Shown in pieces: positions 9,615 through 18,777 of a stretch of DNA of 64,000 bases. Source of the DNA: an uncultured Acidobacteriota bacterium (GTDB lineage Bacteria > Acidobacteriota > Thermoanaerobaculia > Multivoradales > SZUA-115); contig CAWDVR010000001.1 in NCBI GenBank assembly GCA_963805975.1, forward strand, positions 320,001 through 384,000, read 5' to 3'. The notes beneath the pieces are model-generated. The model saw only the letters and a program-made list of their open reading frames with translations. It did not search any database and had not been told where the DNA came from. Positions within the stretch are counted from its first letter, which is position 1; each line of letters begins with the position of its first letter. Position numbers and translations under genes: made by a program.

Positions 9615-11432
9615 CTACTTCCGCAGCGCCGCTTCCAGAGCCGCGAGGCGCGCCTCGAGATCGGCATTCTGCTCGGTGAGCGTGCGGATGGTCTGGTGCT
9701 GGTCGAGGGTGTGGAGGGTCAGCTCCTCGACTTTTTCCAGGAGCTGCATCTGGAACTGGCTGACGTTGAGGCCGTTCTTCTTGATCTCGGCCTGCGACGG
9801 CACGTTCGGCAGGTGCTTGTTCTGCTGCACGAAGGCGGCGAGCTCGTCGAGCGACATGCGCTCGTAGTCCGGCTCGAAGACGTAGTCCGGCACGTTGAGC
9901 GTGGTGCCGTCGTCGATGAACGAGCCGCCGGTGACCCGGATGCTGCCGCCGTTGACCTCGAGCCGGGAGCCTGCGGTCGGCGATGCGGTGCCGATGCCCA
10001 CCGAGCCGTCGTTCAGGATCACCATGCGGGTCTGCGGCGTGATGGTGCCGTTGGGCGTGGTCTGGAGGATGAACCGCGTGCCCTGGGCGGTGGAGGTGAA
10101 GTTCTGCTCGGCGCGCACCTCGAGGCGGGCGACGTTGTTGGCCGAGAAGTTCGTGCCGTCGTGGCCGCGGAACGAGAAGGAACCCAGGATGCTGTTCGTG
10201 GTCACCGCGTCGGGCGAGCTGGAAGTGCCGAGCGCGCGGCGCAGGAGCATGTTCGAGAACAGTGTGCCGTCGTCGCTGAACGTGGTGGCCTGGACCTGCG
10301 CGGCGGCGGCGCTCCGCACGATGTCCACCGAGGTCGCCGGCGAACCGGTGCCGAAGCCCACGTCGCCGTCGGAGGAGATGTCGACGCTCGAGGTCGGCGC
10401 ACCCGGCCGGATACGGAGCGGCAGGCGGGAGCCGCCGGTCACGTCGCGGACGAAGAAGTTAGCTTCGTTGGCGCCCACGTCCCAGGTCTGCGCCGTGAAA
10501 CCACTGCCGTTGGTCTGCTCCAGGCGCAGCGCAGGAGTGTTGCCGACGGCGACGTGCAGGTCGAGCGACCGGGTTGGCGGTGCCGATGCCGATGTCGCCG
10601 TCGGTCTCGACGACGAGCGCGTTGGCTCGCGCCGCCGCTTCGACGCTGAACAGCGGATCGTCCGCGAGCCGCCGCTGCGCGCGGTCACCGCAGTCGTCGA
10701 GGGCAGAAGCGGTTGGGACCCCCGGAGGCGGCGTCGTTGGCTCCAGCCTCCCAGTCGTTGGCGGCGAAGCCGGCGGTGCTGCTGGTGTCGTCGAACGTGA
10801 TGCGGGTGTTGTTCTCCATCAGCAGGATCGTGTGAAGTCGGAGAACGAGGGGCTGACCGGGCAGTCGAAGCCGACGCAGACGACTGTCGGTGAAGGTCGT
10901 CGCGGCGCGAGCTGGGGCTCACCGGCGAGGGCCTCGCCGGACCGGGCAGCGGGTGACTCGGGCGGCGAGGCCGCGGTGGGCTCGAGCTGGTTCTGCGGCA
11001 CGGCGAGCCGCCGAGGATCTGGAAGTGGCCCGAGCGCACCATGGGTCCGGCAGGCAGCTCGCCGCGGCGCTCCAGGTCGGCGATCACCGCGGCCTCGTCG
11101 ACGTTGCCTCGAGCCGGTGCCAGGCGCTCTTTGCCTCGGTCGAAAGGCGCGGAGCGAGCCGCAGCTCCCACGTAGGCGCCGTCCGCCAGGCGGCTGCCCG
11201 GCCGTGAAGAGATCGAAGGGATGCCTGGCCGGAGCCGAACTCGCGGCGGACGACCTGCCCGCCGGGCAGCGCCACGGTGAGCACCGCGCGCTCGTAGCTC
11301 GCCGTGACCTGCCAGTCGATGCTGTTCGCGCCGAGGCGACACTCACCAGTCGTCGTCTGCCGAGACCGCGAACGAGGTCAGGAGGCCGAGGGCGAGTCCC
11401 GAGGCCGAAGACCAGGGGAGAAGCTTGCGCAT
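9615..11432 (-). CDS. Secreted tail-fibre-like protein, paralog B (5' half heavily frameshifted; assembly error or pseudogene)
   Basis: ATG at 11432 after an AAAGGAGAA RBS (MRKLLP...). Fragments CVGFDC, ENNTRITFDDTS, ANDW lie in different frames. The intact 3' half (LDLHVAVGNTPALRLEQ...NVPDYVFEPDY...NKHLPNVPS...LLEKVEELTLH + coiled coil) is nearly identical to the adjacent paralog. Confidence 0.8.
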
Positions 11433-11535
11433 CAGCGTTCTCCTTTGGCGTGGTCGGTTCGGCGTTCTGTGCGGTCGAGATCCGGCAGGAGGCGGACGGC
11501 TGGCCGTTGCGGGCCTGGCGAGCGGTGGAAAGCCG

Positions 11536-11561
11536 CAGGGGCGCACGAGCGTGCGCCCCTG
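11536..11561 (-). terminator. Strong stem-loop between the two fibre genes (terminator/attenuator or mRNA stabiliser)
   Basis: CAGGGGCGCACG-AG-CGTGCGCCCCTG perfect inverted repeat, followed on the minus strand by only a short T run (CGGCTTTCC). Confidence 0.6.
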
Positions 11562-11583
11562 GCGGCAAGGCGGTCAGTCGGTC

Positions 11584-13356
11584 TTACGGCTGCGCTTCGA
11601 GGGCCTCGAGGCGCGCCATGAGCTTCTGGATGATCTGGTGCTGGTCGAGGGTGTGGAGGGTGAGCTCCTCGACCTTCTCCAGGAGCTGCATCTGGAACTG
11701 GCTGACGTTCAGACCGTTCTTCTTGATGTCGGCCTGGGACGGCACGTTCGGCAGGTGCTTGTTCACTTGTACGAAGGCGGCGAGCTCGTCGAGCGACATG
11801 CGCTTGTAGTCCGGCTCGAAGACGTAGTCCGGCACGTTGAGCGTGGTGCCGTCGTCGATGAACGAGCCGCCGGTGACGCGGATGCTGCCGCCGTTGACCT
11901 CGAGCCGCGAGCCGGCGGTCGGAGACGCGGTGCCGATGCCCACCGAGCCGTCGTTCTTGATCACCATGCGGGTGGAGGGCGTGGCGGAGCCGTTGGCGGT
12001 GGTCTGCAGGATGATGCGCGTGCCCTGGGCGGTGGCGGTGAAGTTCTCCTCGGCGCGCACTTCCAGGCGGGCGACGTTGTCGGTGGAGAAGGCGCTGCCG
12101 GTGTGGCCGCGAAACGAGAAGCTGCCCAGGATGCTGTTGGTGGTCACCGCCAGCGGCGCCGCGGAGGTGCCGAGGGCGCGGCGCAGGAGCATGTTCGAGA
12201 ACAGTGCGCCGTCGTTGCTGAAGGTGGTGGCCTGGACCTCCGCGGCACGGGCGCTGCGCACGATGTCCACCGACGTGTCCGGGCCCCCGGTGCCGATGCC
12301 GACGTCGCCGTCGGAGGAGATGTCGAGGCTCGAGGTCGGCGCGCCCGGCCGGATGCGGAAGGACAGGCGCGAGCCGCCGGTCACGTCGCGGACGAAGAAG
12401 TTGGCCTCGTTGGCGCCGATGTCCCAGGTCTGGGCGGTGAAGCCGCCGGTGTTGTTCTGCTCCAGGCGGATGGCCGGGGTGTTCGAGGTGTTGATGTGCA
12501 GGTCGAGCACCGGGGTCGAGGTGCGGAAGCCGATGCGGCCGATGGAGTCGGCGAAGATCGAGTTGGTCGACGCGCCGGCGGTGATGGTGAAGGGCGTGCG
12601 CGCGCCGGTCGAGTCCTCGATCGAGAACTTGCTCGAGCCACCGCCGGCCGAGTCGTTGGCGATCAGCCGCCAGTCGTTGGCGGGGAAGCCGACCTGGGTC
12701 GAGGTGTCGTCGAAGTGGATGCGGAGGTTGTTCTCCTTCAAGCGGATGGTGTCGAAGCCGAAGTTCTCGTTGTTGACGCAGTCGAGGCCGGAGCAGGTCG
12801 AGCCCTGGACGATGAGGTCGTCAGGGATCACCTGGTCGCGCACCGCGAGCGACGGGCCGCCCGGACGGGGGGTGGCGGGGGCGGCGGTGTGGTTGAGGGC
12901 CGGGCGCGGCTCGGCCTGGCCGGGGGGCACGATCGATCCGCCCTGGACCTGGAAGCTGCCGGACTGGATCATCGGGCTCGCGGGCAGCTCGCCGCGGCGC
13001 TTCATCTCGGCGATCACCGTCGCCTCGGCCGAGGTGCCGCGGGCGGCGGCGAGCTGGGCCTTGGCGTCGTTGGACAGGCGCGGCGCCAGGGTCAGCTCCC
13101 AGCGATAGCCGCCGTCCAGGCCCCGGCCGAGGTCGAACTGGATGGTCTGGCCGGCCGCGAACTCCTGGCGGGTGACCTTGCCGTCCGGGTGGGCGACGGT
13201 GAGCACGGCACGGTCATAGGCCGCCCCCACCTGCCAGTCGATGCTGCCGGAACCGAAGCTGGCGCTCGCCAGCTCCTCCTGAGCCAAAACCGTGGGCGAG
13301 GTCGCGAGGCCCAGCGGCAGCACCAGGCAGGCGACCAAGGCGAGAGTCTTCCTCAT
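11584..13356 (-). CDS. Secreted tail-fibre-like protein, paralog A, with C-terminal intramolecular-chaperone (peptidase S74)-like domain
   Basis: AAAGGAGAA RBS, MRKTLALVACLVLPLGLATSPTVLA signal peptide; DQVIPDDLIVQGSTCSGLDCVNNENFGFDTIRLKENN; repeated G(D/S)VGIGT..P beta-strand units; C-terminal VPDYVFEPDY...NKHLPNVPS...LLEKVEELTLH..Q and coiled coil. Confidence 0.85.
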   Translation of the reverse strand: MRKTLALVACLVLPLGLATSPTVLAQEELASASFGSGSIDWQVGAAYDRAVLTVAHPDGKVTRQEFAAGQTIQFDLGRGLDGGYRWELTLAPRLSNDAKAQLAAARGTSAEATVIAEMKRRGELPASPMIQSGSFQVQGGSIVPPGQAEPRPALNHTAAPATPRPGGPSLAVRDQVIPDDLIVQGSTCSGLDCVNNENFGFDTIRLKENNLRIHFDDTSTQVGFPANDWRLIANDSAGGGSSKFSIEDSTGARTPFTITAGASTNSIFADSIGRIGFRTSTPVLDLHINTSNTPAIRLEQNNTGGFTAQTWDIGANEANFFVRDVTGGSRLSFRIRPGAPTSSLDISSDGDVGIGTGGPDTSVDIVRSARAAEVQATTFSNDGALFSNMLLRRALGTSAAPLAVTTNSILGSFSFRGHTGSAFSTDNVARLEVRAEENFTATAQGTRIILQTTANGSATPSTRMVIKNDGSVGIGTASPTAGSRLEVNGGSIRVTGGSFIDDGTTLNVPDYVFEPDYKRMSLDELAAFVQVNKHLPNVPSQADIKKNGLNVSQFQMQLLEKVEELTLHTLDQHQIIQKLMARLEALEAQP

Positions 13357-13559
13357 AAATATTCTCCTTTGACAGGTGAGTGGCCGATCAATTCGACATA
13401 TCGCAAAAAGTCTCTCTCTTCCAGCGCTCAAAGAGCGCAGGTCAAGGAGGAGTGGAATTTCGGGAGTGGGGCCGCCGGGAACCGGCGTGAAAGCCTGTGA
13501 GCTCACCGCGAGCGCCGCCCAAGGCCGGACGTGCGAGCTGCCGGGAATGAAGAACTAAG

Positions 13560-13568
13560 ATCATAGCA
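13560..13568 (-). promoter_or_regulatory. Candidate extended -10 promoter (TGnTATGAT) about 200 nt upstream of fibre gene A
   Basis: Minus strand TGCTATGAT in an AT-richer intergenic stretch; no consensus -35. Confidence 0.4.
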
Positions 13569-13613
13569 CGAAAGAGCACCTGCCCATAGCTCGACACCCA
13601 GCAGGAAAAGGTG

Positions 13614-15191
13614 TCAGTCGGACTCGCGAGCTGCCTCTGCTCCTCCTCCGGCGAGCCGGCACGGTTTCTGGTTCTCGTACCAGGAGAGAGTCCCGCGGCG
13701 CCGCGCGAGCGTTACCGGGTCGCCCCCCTCGGCTCCGTCCAGTGCCTTGCGCTGCCAGACCACGGCCTCCTCGCAGCGTCCGGCCTCGGCGAGGGACATG
13801 GCCACCAGCTCGGCGCTCTCGGCCGAGGGCCGGGCGGCGAAGACGCGCTGGGCGAGATCCAGGGCGCGGGCCCCGTCGCGCAGCGCGAGGTCGGGGGAGG
13901 CGGCGAGCACGCGGGCCAGGGCGATCGCCACCAGGCCGCTCTCGGGGAGCGCTTCGAGAGCGGCTTCGAGCACGCTCTTCGCCTCGGCGTAGCGCCCGAG
14001 GCGGAGCAGGGCCTCGGCGCCGCCCAGCCGGACGCTCTCGTCCGCGGGCGCGAGCTCGAACGCCTGCCGGTAGTGCGGCAGCGCGTCCAGCGGCTGGCCG
14101 CTCCGGAGCAGCAGCTCGGCCAGCTCGCGGTGCGCCTCGGCATCGCGCGGGTTGGCCGCGAGCGCCCCTTCGAAATGGAGGCGTGCCTCCTCGGGCGCAC
14201 CGCGGCGGGCGAGCAGCACGCCCAGGTTGAAATGCGCCGAGGCCGTGGCAGGCGCGAGCTCCAGCGCGCGCCGGTACTCGGCCATGGCGCCGTCCGGATC
14301 CCCCATCTGCTCCAGCGCCGACCCCAGGTTGACGTGCGCGGCGGCGCTTGTCGGCGCGGCGGCGAGGGCCTGCCGGAACTCGGCCGCGGCGGCGGCGAAG
14401 TCGCCGGCGAGAAACGCCGTGCGGCCGCGCAGCAGGTGGACGCGCTCTCCGGCCTCGAGCTTTTCCAGCTCTTCGACCAGCGGATCCGGCACCTTGACAC
14501 CGATCGTGCCCCGCCGCTCGAGATGCTGCCGGGCGCGCTCGAGGTCGCCGGCGCCGCGGTAGGCGAGGGCCAGCGAGTAGTGGAGCGAGTCCGCCTGGGG
14601 GGCACCGGCGAGCGCCGCCTCGAAGCCCGCCACGGCGTCGGCCCAGCGGTTGGCCGAGAGCGCCACCTGGCCCAGGGCCGCCCACGCCGCCGGGGCCCGT
14701 GGGTCGAGCTCGAGCGCCAGGCGCAGCCAGGCCCTGGCCTCGTCGAGCCGGCCCTCGACGAAGCAGATCTCGCCCAGGTGGATGCGGGCCGCGAGGTTGT
14801 CCGGGGCCAGGGCGAGCGACCGCGCGAAGGCGCCGGCCGCTTCCCGCTGCCGGCCCTCGGCCAGGTGGAGCGCGCCGGCGAGGTGGGGCCAGCGCGGGTC
14901 CGCGGGAGCCAGGGCCTCGGCGTTGGCGTAGCAGGCCGCGGCCGGCTCCGAGAGCCGGTAGGCATGGTAGAGGCGGCCCATCTCGCCGAAGACCTCGGCC
15001 TTCTCGGCGGCGGCCCCGCCGTCCGCGATGACGGAGCGCAGCAGGGCCTCGGCTTCGGCGAGCTGTCCCGCCACCACCTGCTCCAGGCCGGCGAGGGTGG
15101 GGAACGGTATGGGGACGAGGGCCGGCTGGGCGAGGGCCGGCCAGCAGGTGGTGATCAGGAGCGCGGCGGCGAGGAGGCGAGCTGTGGCCAT
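13614..15191 (-). CDS. Secreted tetratricopeptide repeat protein
   Basis: Signal peptide ending ALA-Q; many TPR units (AHVNLGSALEQMG..A...YRRALELAP; AHFNLGVLLA); C-terminal ARVLAASPDLALRDGARAL. Confidence 0.9.
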   Translation of the reverse strand: MATARLLAAALLITTCWPALAQPALVPIPFPTLAGLEQVVAGQLAEAEALLRSVIADGGAAAEKAEVFGEMGRLYHAYRLSEPAAACYANAEALAPADPRWPHLAGALHLAEGRQREAAGAFARSLALAPDNLAARIHLGEICFVEGRLDEARAWLRLALELDPRAPAAWAALGQVALSANRWADAVAGFEAALAGAPQADSLHYSLALAYRGAGDLERARQHLERRGTIGVKVPDPLVEELEKLEAGERVHLLRGRTAFLAGDFAAAAAEFRQALAAAPTSAAAHVNLGSALEQMGDPDGAMAEYRRALELAPATASAHFNLGVLLARRGAPEEARLHFEGALAANPRDAEAHRELAELLLRSGQPLDALPHYRQAFELAPADESVRLGGAEALLRLGRYAEAKSVLEAALEALPESGLVAIALARVLAASPDLALRDGARALDLAQRVFAARPSAESAELVAMSLAEAGRCEEAVVWQRKALDGAEGGDPVTLARRRGTLSWYENQKPCRLAGGGAEAARESD

Positions 15192-15218
15192 GCCGCGTAG
15201 TCTAGCGGCCAGGCTTGT

Positions 15219-16901
15219 CTATCTCGATCCCGGAACCACCCAGTAGACGCCCGCGGGGAGGTCCTTCCACTGCCGGAGCGTGCTGCCAGGGCCTTCGACG
15301 CGCAGGGTGGCCGGCTCACGGCGCTCGCCCAGGCCGAAGAGCACGCGCGGGTCGCTCGCCGAGGCGTAGCTGCCGTCGGTGCGGGGTCGGCGCACCAGCG
15401 CCGGAGCGCCGGCGCGCAGCAGACGGACCGCGGTGGGGAACGGGCCGCCGGGACCGCCGGCGACCACTCCCAGCCAGCCGCGGTCCTGGCCGGCGGTGCT
15501 GGCCAGCAGGCGGGCGGGGCCGTGGTTGTGAGTGATCACGAGGTCCGTGTCGCCGTCGTTGTCGGCATCGCCGAAGGCCGTGCCGCGGCCCACCGCGGCG
15601 CCGGCGAAGGCGTCCCCGGCCCGGCCCGGCACTTCTTCGAACTTTCCTTTCCCCACGTTGCGGAAGAGCTGGTTGCGCTGGCGCAGCGGCAGGGGATCGC
15701 CGGCCCGGGCCTGCTCCTCGAGCGTGCGCACCGCACCGCTCGCGAGAAAGAGGTCGAGTCGGCCGTCCTGGTCGAAGTCCAGGAAGCCGGTGCCGAAGCC
15801 GGTCGAGCCCAGGGTGGCCGCCGCCAATCCCGCCTCGATGCGGCGGTCCTCGAACAGGCCGCCGCCCATGCTCACGTACAGGGCGTGGGTCTCGCCCTGG
15901 ATGTTGGTGACGAAGAGATCCTCGTCGCCGTCCTCGTCCACATCGCCGGCGGCGATGCCCATGCTGCCCTCGGGCCGCCCCTCGCGGTTGACGGCCAGCC
16001 CGGCGAGCAGCGCCTGGTCGTCGAAGGTGCCGTCGCCGCGGTTGAGCCAGAGCTGGTTGGGCCTGCCGTCGTTGGCGATGAGGAAGTCGACCCGGCCATC
16101 GCCGTCGAGGTCGCCGGCCAGCACCCCGAGGCCGGGCTCGGGCGCCGCGGCGATGCCGGCGCGGGTCGAGACGTCCTGGAAGCGGCCGCCGCCGAGGTTG
16201 CGGAGCAGCCGGTCGGCCACCGGCTGGAACGTGGAGGGCCCGCACCAGTCGCGGCGCGTGCTCGCAGCGTAGCAGGCGGGGTTGGCGTCGAAGGAAAACT
16301 CCACGTAGCTCACCACGTAGAGGTCGAGCCGGCCGTCGGCGTCGTAGTCCGCGAACGAGCCGGCGACCGACCAGCGGTCGTCGGAGGCCCCGCTCTCGGC
16401 GGTGCGGTCGGCGAAGGTGCCGTCCCCCCGGTTCAGGAACAGCCGGTCCGGGCCCAGGTTGGCAACGAAGAGATCGACCCAGCCGTCGCCGTCCACGTCG
16501 CCGGTCGCCACACCCATGCCGTAGCCGGTCTCGTCGAGGCCGCTCGCCGAGGTCACGTCGACGAACCGTGCCGCGAGCGTGCCGTCGGGCGCGAGCAGGA
16601 GGTCGTTGCGCAGCAGCCGGTCGCGCGGCACCTTGGCCGTGTCGGCCGGCGGCGGCAGCGGCCCGCCCTGCACCAGGTAGAGGTCGAGGTCGCCGTCGCC
16701 GTCGTAGTCCAGGAGCGCCGCTCCCGCGCCCATGATCTCGGGAAAATAGAGCTTTCCCGACATGCCGTTCGCATGCACGAAGTCGAGGCCCGAGGCGAGG
16801 GTCGCATCGGTGAAGAGCGCCGGCGGCTCCGCCGTGCAGGGCGGCCCGAGAGCGAGCGCCGGGACGAGCGTCCAGGCGATGGTTTGGCGGATTGCGGTCA
16901 G
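15219..16901 (-). CDS. CRTAC1 family (FG-GAP + ASPIC/UnbV) secreted protein
   Basis: PEIMGAG, DYDGDGDLDL repeats, GSYASASDPRVLFGLG. The frame extends upstream of the ORF-track start through a signal-peptide-like stretch to a CTG at 16901 preceded by GGGAG; the start is uncertain. Confidence 0.9.
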   Translation of the reverse strand: MTAIRQTIAWTLVPALALGPPCTAEPPALFTDATLASGLDFVHANGMSGKLYFPEIMGAGAALLDYDGDGDLDLYLVQGGPLPPPADTAKVPRDRLLRNDLLLAPDGTLAARFVDVTSASGLDETGYGMGVATGDVDGDGWVDLFVANLGPDRLFLNRGDGTFADRTAESGASDDRWSVAGSFADYDADGRLDLYVVSYVEFSFDANPACYAASTRRDWCGPSTFQPVADRLLRNLGGGRFQDVSTRAGIAAAPEPGLGVLAGDLDGDGRVDFLIANDGRPNQLWLNRGDGTFDDQALLAGLAVNREGRPEGSMGIAAGDVDEDGDEDLFVTNIQGETHALYVSMGGGLFEDRRIEAGLAAATLGSTGFGTGFLDFDQDGRLDLFLASGAVRTLEEQARAGDPLPLRQRNQLFRNVGKGKFEEVPGRAGDAFAGAAVGRGTAFGDADNDGDTDLVITHNHGPARLLASTAGQDRGWLGVVAGGPGGPFPTAVRLLRAGAPALVRRPRTDGSYASASDPRVLFGLGERREPATLRVEGPGSTLRQWKDLPAGVYWVVPGSR

Positions 16902-16966
16902 GGGAAGATCTCCCGCGAGCGCTCCTGCCGGGAGCCGGAGCGCCTGCCGAGGATAGCAGCGCCCCC

Positions 16967-16999
16967 GGCCCTGCTTGTAAAACGGGCCCTGCTTGTAAA
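16967..16999. promoter_or_regulatory. 15-bp direct repeat (GGCCCTGCTTGTAAA x2, 18-bp period) in a divergent promoter region
   Basis: Exact copies at 16967-16981 and 16985-16999. Confidence 0.55.
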
Positions 17000-17235
17000 T
17001 GAGGGCCGTCTGTGGCAGATTACGCGCCGCGAAGGCTGGGACGGCTCAGTACAACTTCGCGCTCTCCCGAGAAGCGGGTCCGCAAAGGGCCCCGGACGGT
17101 GGCCTCGCCGGCAAGGTCATCGCGCCTCCAGACTTAAGAGCCGGATCTTGAACTTGCGGTCCCGCCGCTCGTATTTCGAGTGCGCCTCCAATCTGTATGC
17201 GGGGCGACGGGCTGCGAAAGGAATGCGGACAGACG

Positions 17236-18768
17236 ATGAGCTTCAGCTCCCTTGGCCTCCACGGCGACTTGCTTCGTGGCGTAGACGACCTGGGCTTCAC
17301 CGAGCCCACCCCGATCCAGAACGACACCATCCCCGAGATCCTGGCCGGCCGTGACGTGCTGGCCGCCGCGAAGACCGGCAGCGGCAAGACGGCGGCGTTT
17401 CTCCTGCCGATCCTCCACCAGCTCCTCGACAAGCCGCGCGGCACCACGCGGGTGCTGGTGCTGACCCCGACCCGCGAGCTCGCGGCGCAGATCGCGGAGC
17501 ATCTCGAGGCCCTTGCTCGCCACACCGATCTCAAGGGCGCCGCGGTGTTCGGCGGCCTGGCGATGGGGCCGCAGGAAGAGGCGTTCCGTGCCGGTGTGGA
17601 CGTGCTGGTGGCCACCCCGGGACGCCTGCTCGACCACTTCCAGAACGACTACGCGCGCCTCGACGGGCTCGAGGTCCTGGTGGTGGACGAGGCCGATCGC
17701 ATGCTCGACATGGGCTTCCTGCCGGACGTCAGGCGCGTGCTGGCGGCGCTGCCGCCGCGGCGCCAGACGCTGTTGCTCTCGGCCACCCTGCCGCCGCCGA
17801 TCGTCGAGCTGTCGAGCGAGCTGCTCACCGACCCGGTGCAGATCAACATCGAGCGCAAGGCGCTGCCCGCCGAGGGCATCGAGCAGGCGATCTACCCGGT
17901 GCGCGAGGAGCTGAAGCGGGCCCTGCTCCTGGCCCTGCTCGGCCAGGGCGAGATCAAGAACGTCCTGGTCTTCACCCGCACCAAGCACCGCGCCAACCGC
18001 CTGGCCGAGTGGCTGAAGAAACACGGCATCTCCTGCGAGCGGATCCACGGCAACCGCAGCCAGCGCCAGCGCATGGACGCGCTCGCCGGCTTCAAGAGCG
18101 GCACCTACCAGGTGCTGGTGGCGACCGACATCGCTGCCCGCGGCATCGACGTCGAAGAGCTGTCGCACGTCATCAACTTCGATGTGCCCAACGTCCCCGA
18201 CGACTACATCCACCGCGTGGGCCGCACGGCGCGCGCCGAGGCCACGGGCGACGCGCTGACCTTCGTCTCGCCCCAGGACGAGGGCAATCTGCGCGCCATC
18301 GAGCGGGCGATCGGCCATCCGTTGAACCGCCAGACCCTGGAGGGGTTCGACTACGACGCCGTGCCCGCCGACCGCTTCGAGGTCCCGGTGGGCGAGCGCC
18401 TGGCCGAGATCCGCTCGCGCCGCGGCGACGAGCGCGGGCGCGCCACCGCCAGGAAAGATCGCCAGCCTTCTCCGCAGCAGCCGCAGAACCAGCAGCCCTA
18501 CAACAACCAGCCGCCGCGCACCTGGGACCCACGCTCGAAGCCCGCGAACGACGCCGCTCGGCCGTCCGGGTCGGGGGACGACCTCGATTCCGCCGAGGAG
18601 GCGCGCATCCGCGCCAAGGCCGAGCAGCAGCAGGCCGCCGCCGTCGAGGCGCGCACCCGCCCCTCGCGCATGGGCATCATGGAGCTGCGCAATGCGCGGC
18701 CCGCGGCTGCGGCCGCAGGCAGGCCCGCTACCCGCCGCCGCTCCCGCCGCGGGCGCTTAGGGCGCTAG
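17236..18768 (+). CDS. DEAD-box ATP-dependent RNA helicase (RhlE-like)
   Basis: Q motif PTPIQ, AKTGSGKT, PTRELA, TPGRL, DEAD, SAT, ARGID, HRVGRTAR; Q/N/R-rich disordered tail. Confidence 0.95.
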   Translation: MSFSSLGLHGDLLRGVDDLGFTEPTPIQNDTIPEILAGRDVLAAAKTGSGKTAAFLLPILHQLLDKPRGTTRVLVLTPTRELAAQIAEHLEALARHTDLKGAAVFGGLAMGPQEEAFRAGVDVLVATPGRLLDHFQNDYARLDGLEVLVVDEADRMLDMGFLPDVRRVLAALPPRRQTLLLSATLPPPIVELSSELLTDPVQINIERKALPAEGIEQAIYPVREELKRALLLALLGQGEIKNVLVFTRTKHRANRLAEWLKKHGISCERIHGNRSQRQRMDALAGFKSGTYQVLVATDIAARGIDVEELSHVINFDVPNVPDDYIHRVGRTARAEATGDALTFVSPQDEGNLRAIERAIGHPLNRQTLEGFDYDAVPADRFEVPVGERLAEIRSRRGDERGRATARKDRQPSPQQPQNQQPYNNQPPRTWDPRSKPANDAARPSGSGDDLDSAEEARIRAKAEQQQAAAVEARTRPSRMGIMELRNARPAAAAAGRPATRRRSRRGRLGR

Positions 18769-18777
18769 AGAGCTCTC

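Noticed and set aside
9615-13356. Prophage or diversity-generating retroelement explanation for the duplicated fibre genes
   Set aside because: No capsid, terminase, integrase or reverse transcriptase is present; the genes have Sec signal peptides; differences between copies are largely synonymous and not adenine-specific.
17070-17100. GGGTCCGCAAAG similar to part of the c-di-GMP-I riboswitch
   Set aside because: The upstream GGCAAAC element and GNRA/receptor arrangement are missing.
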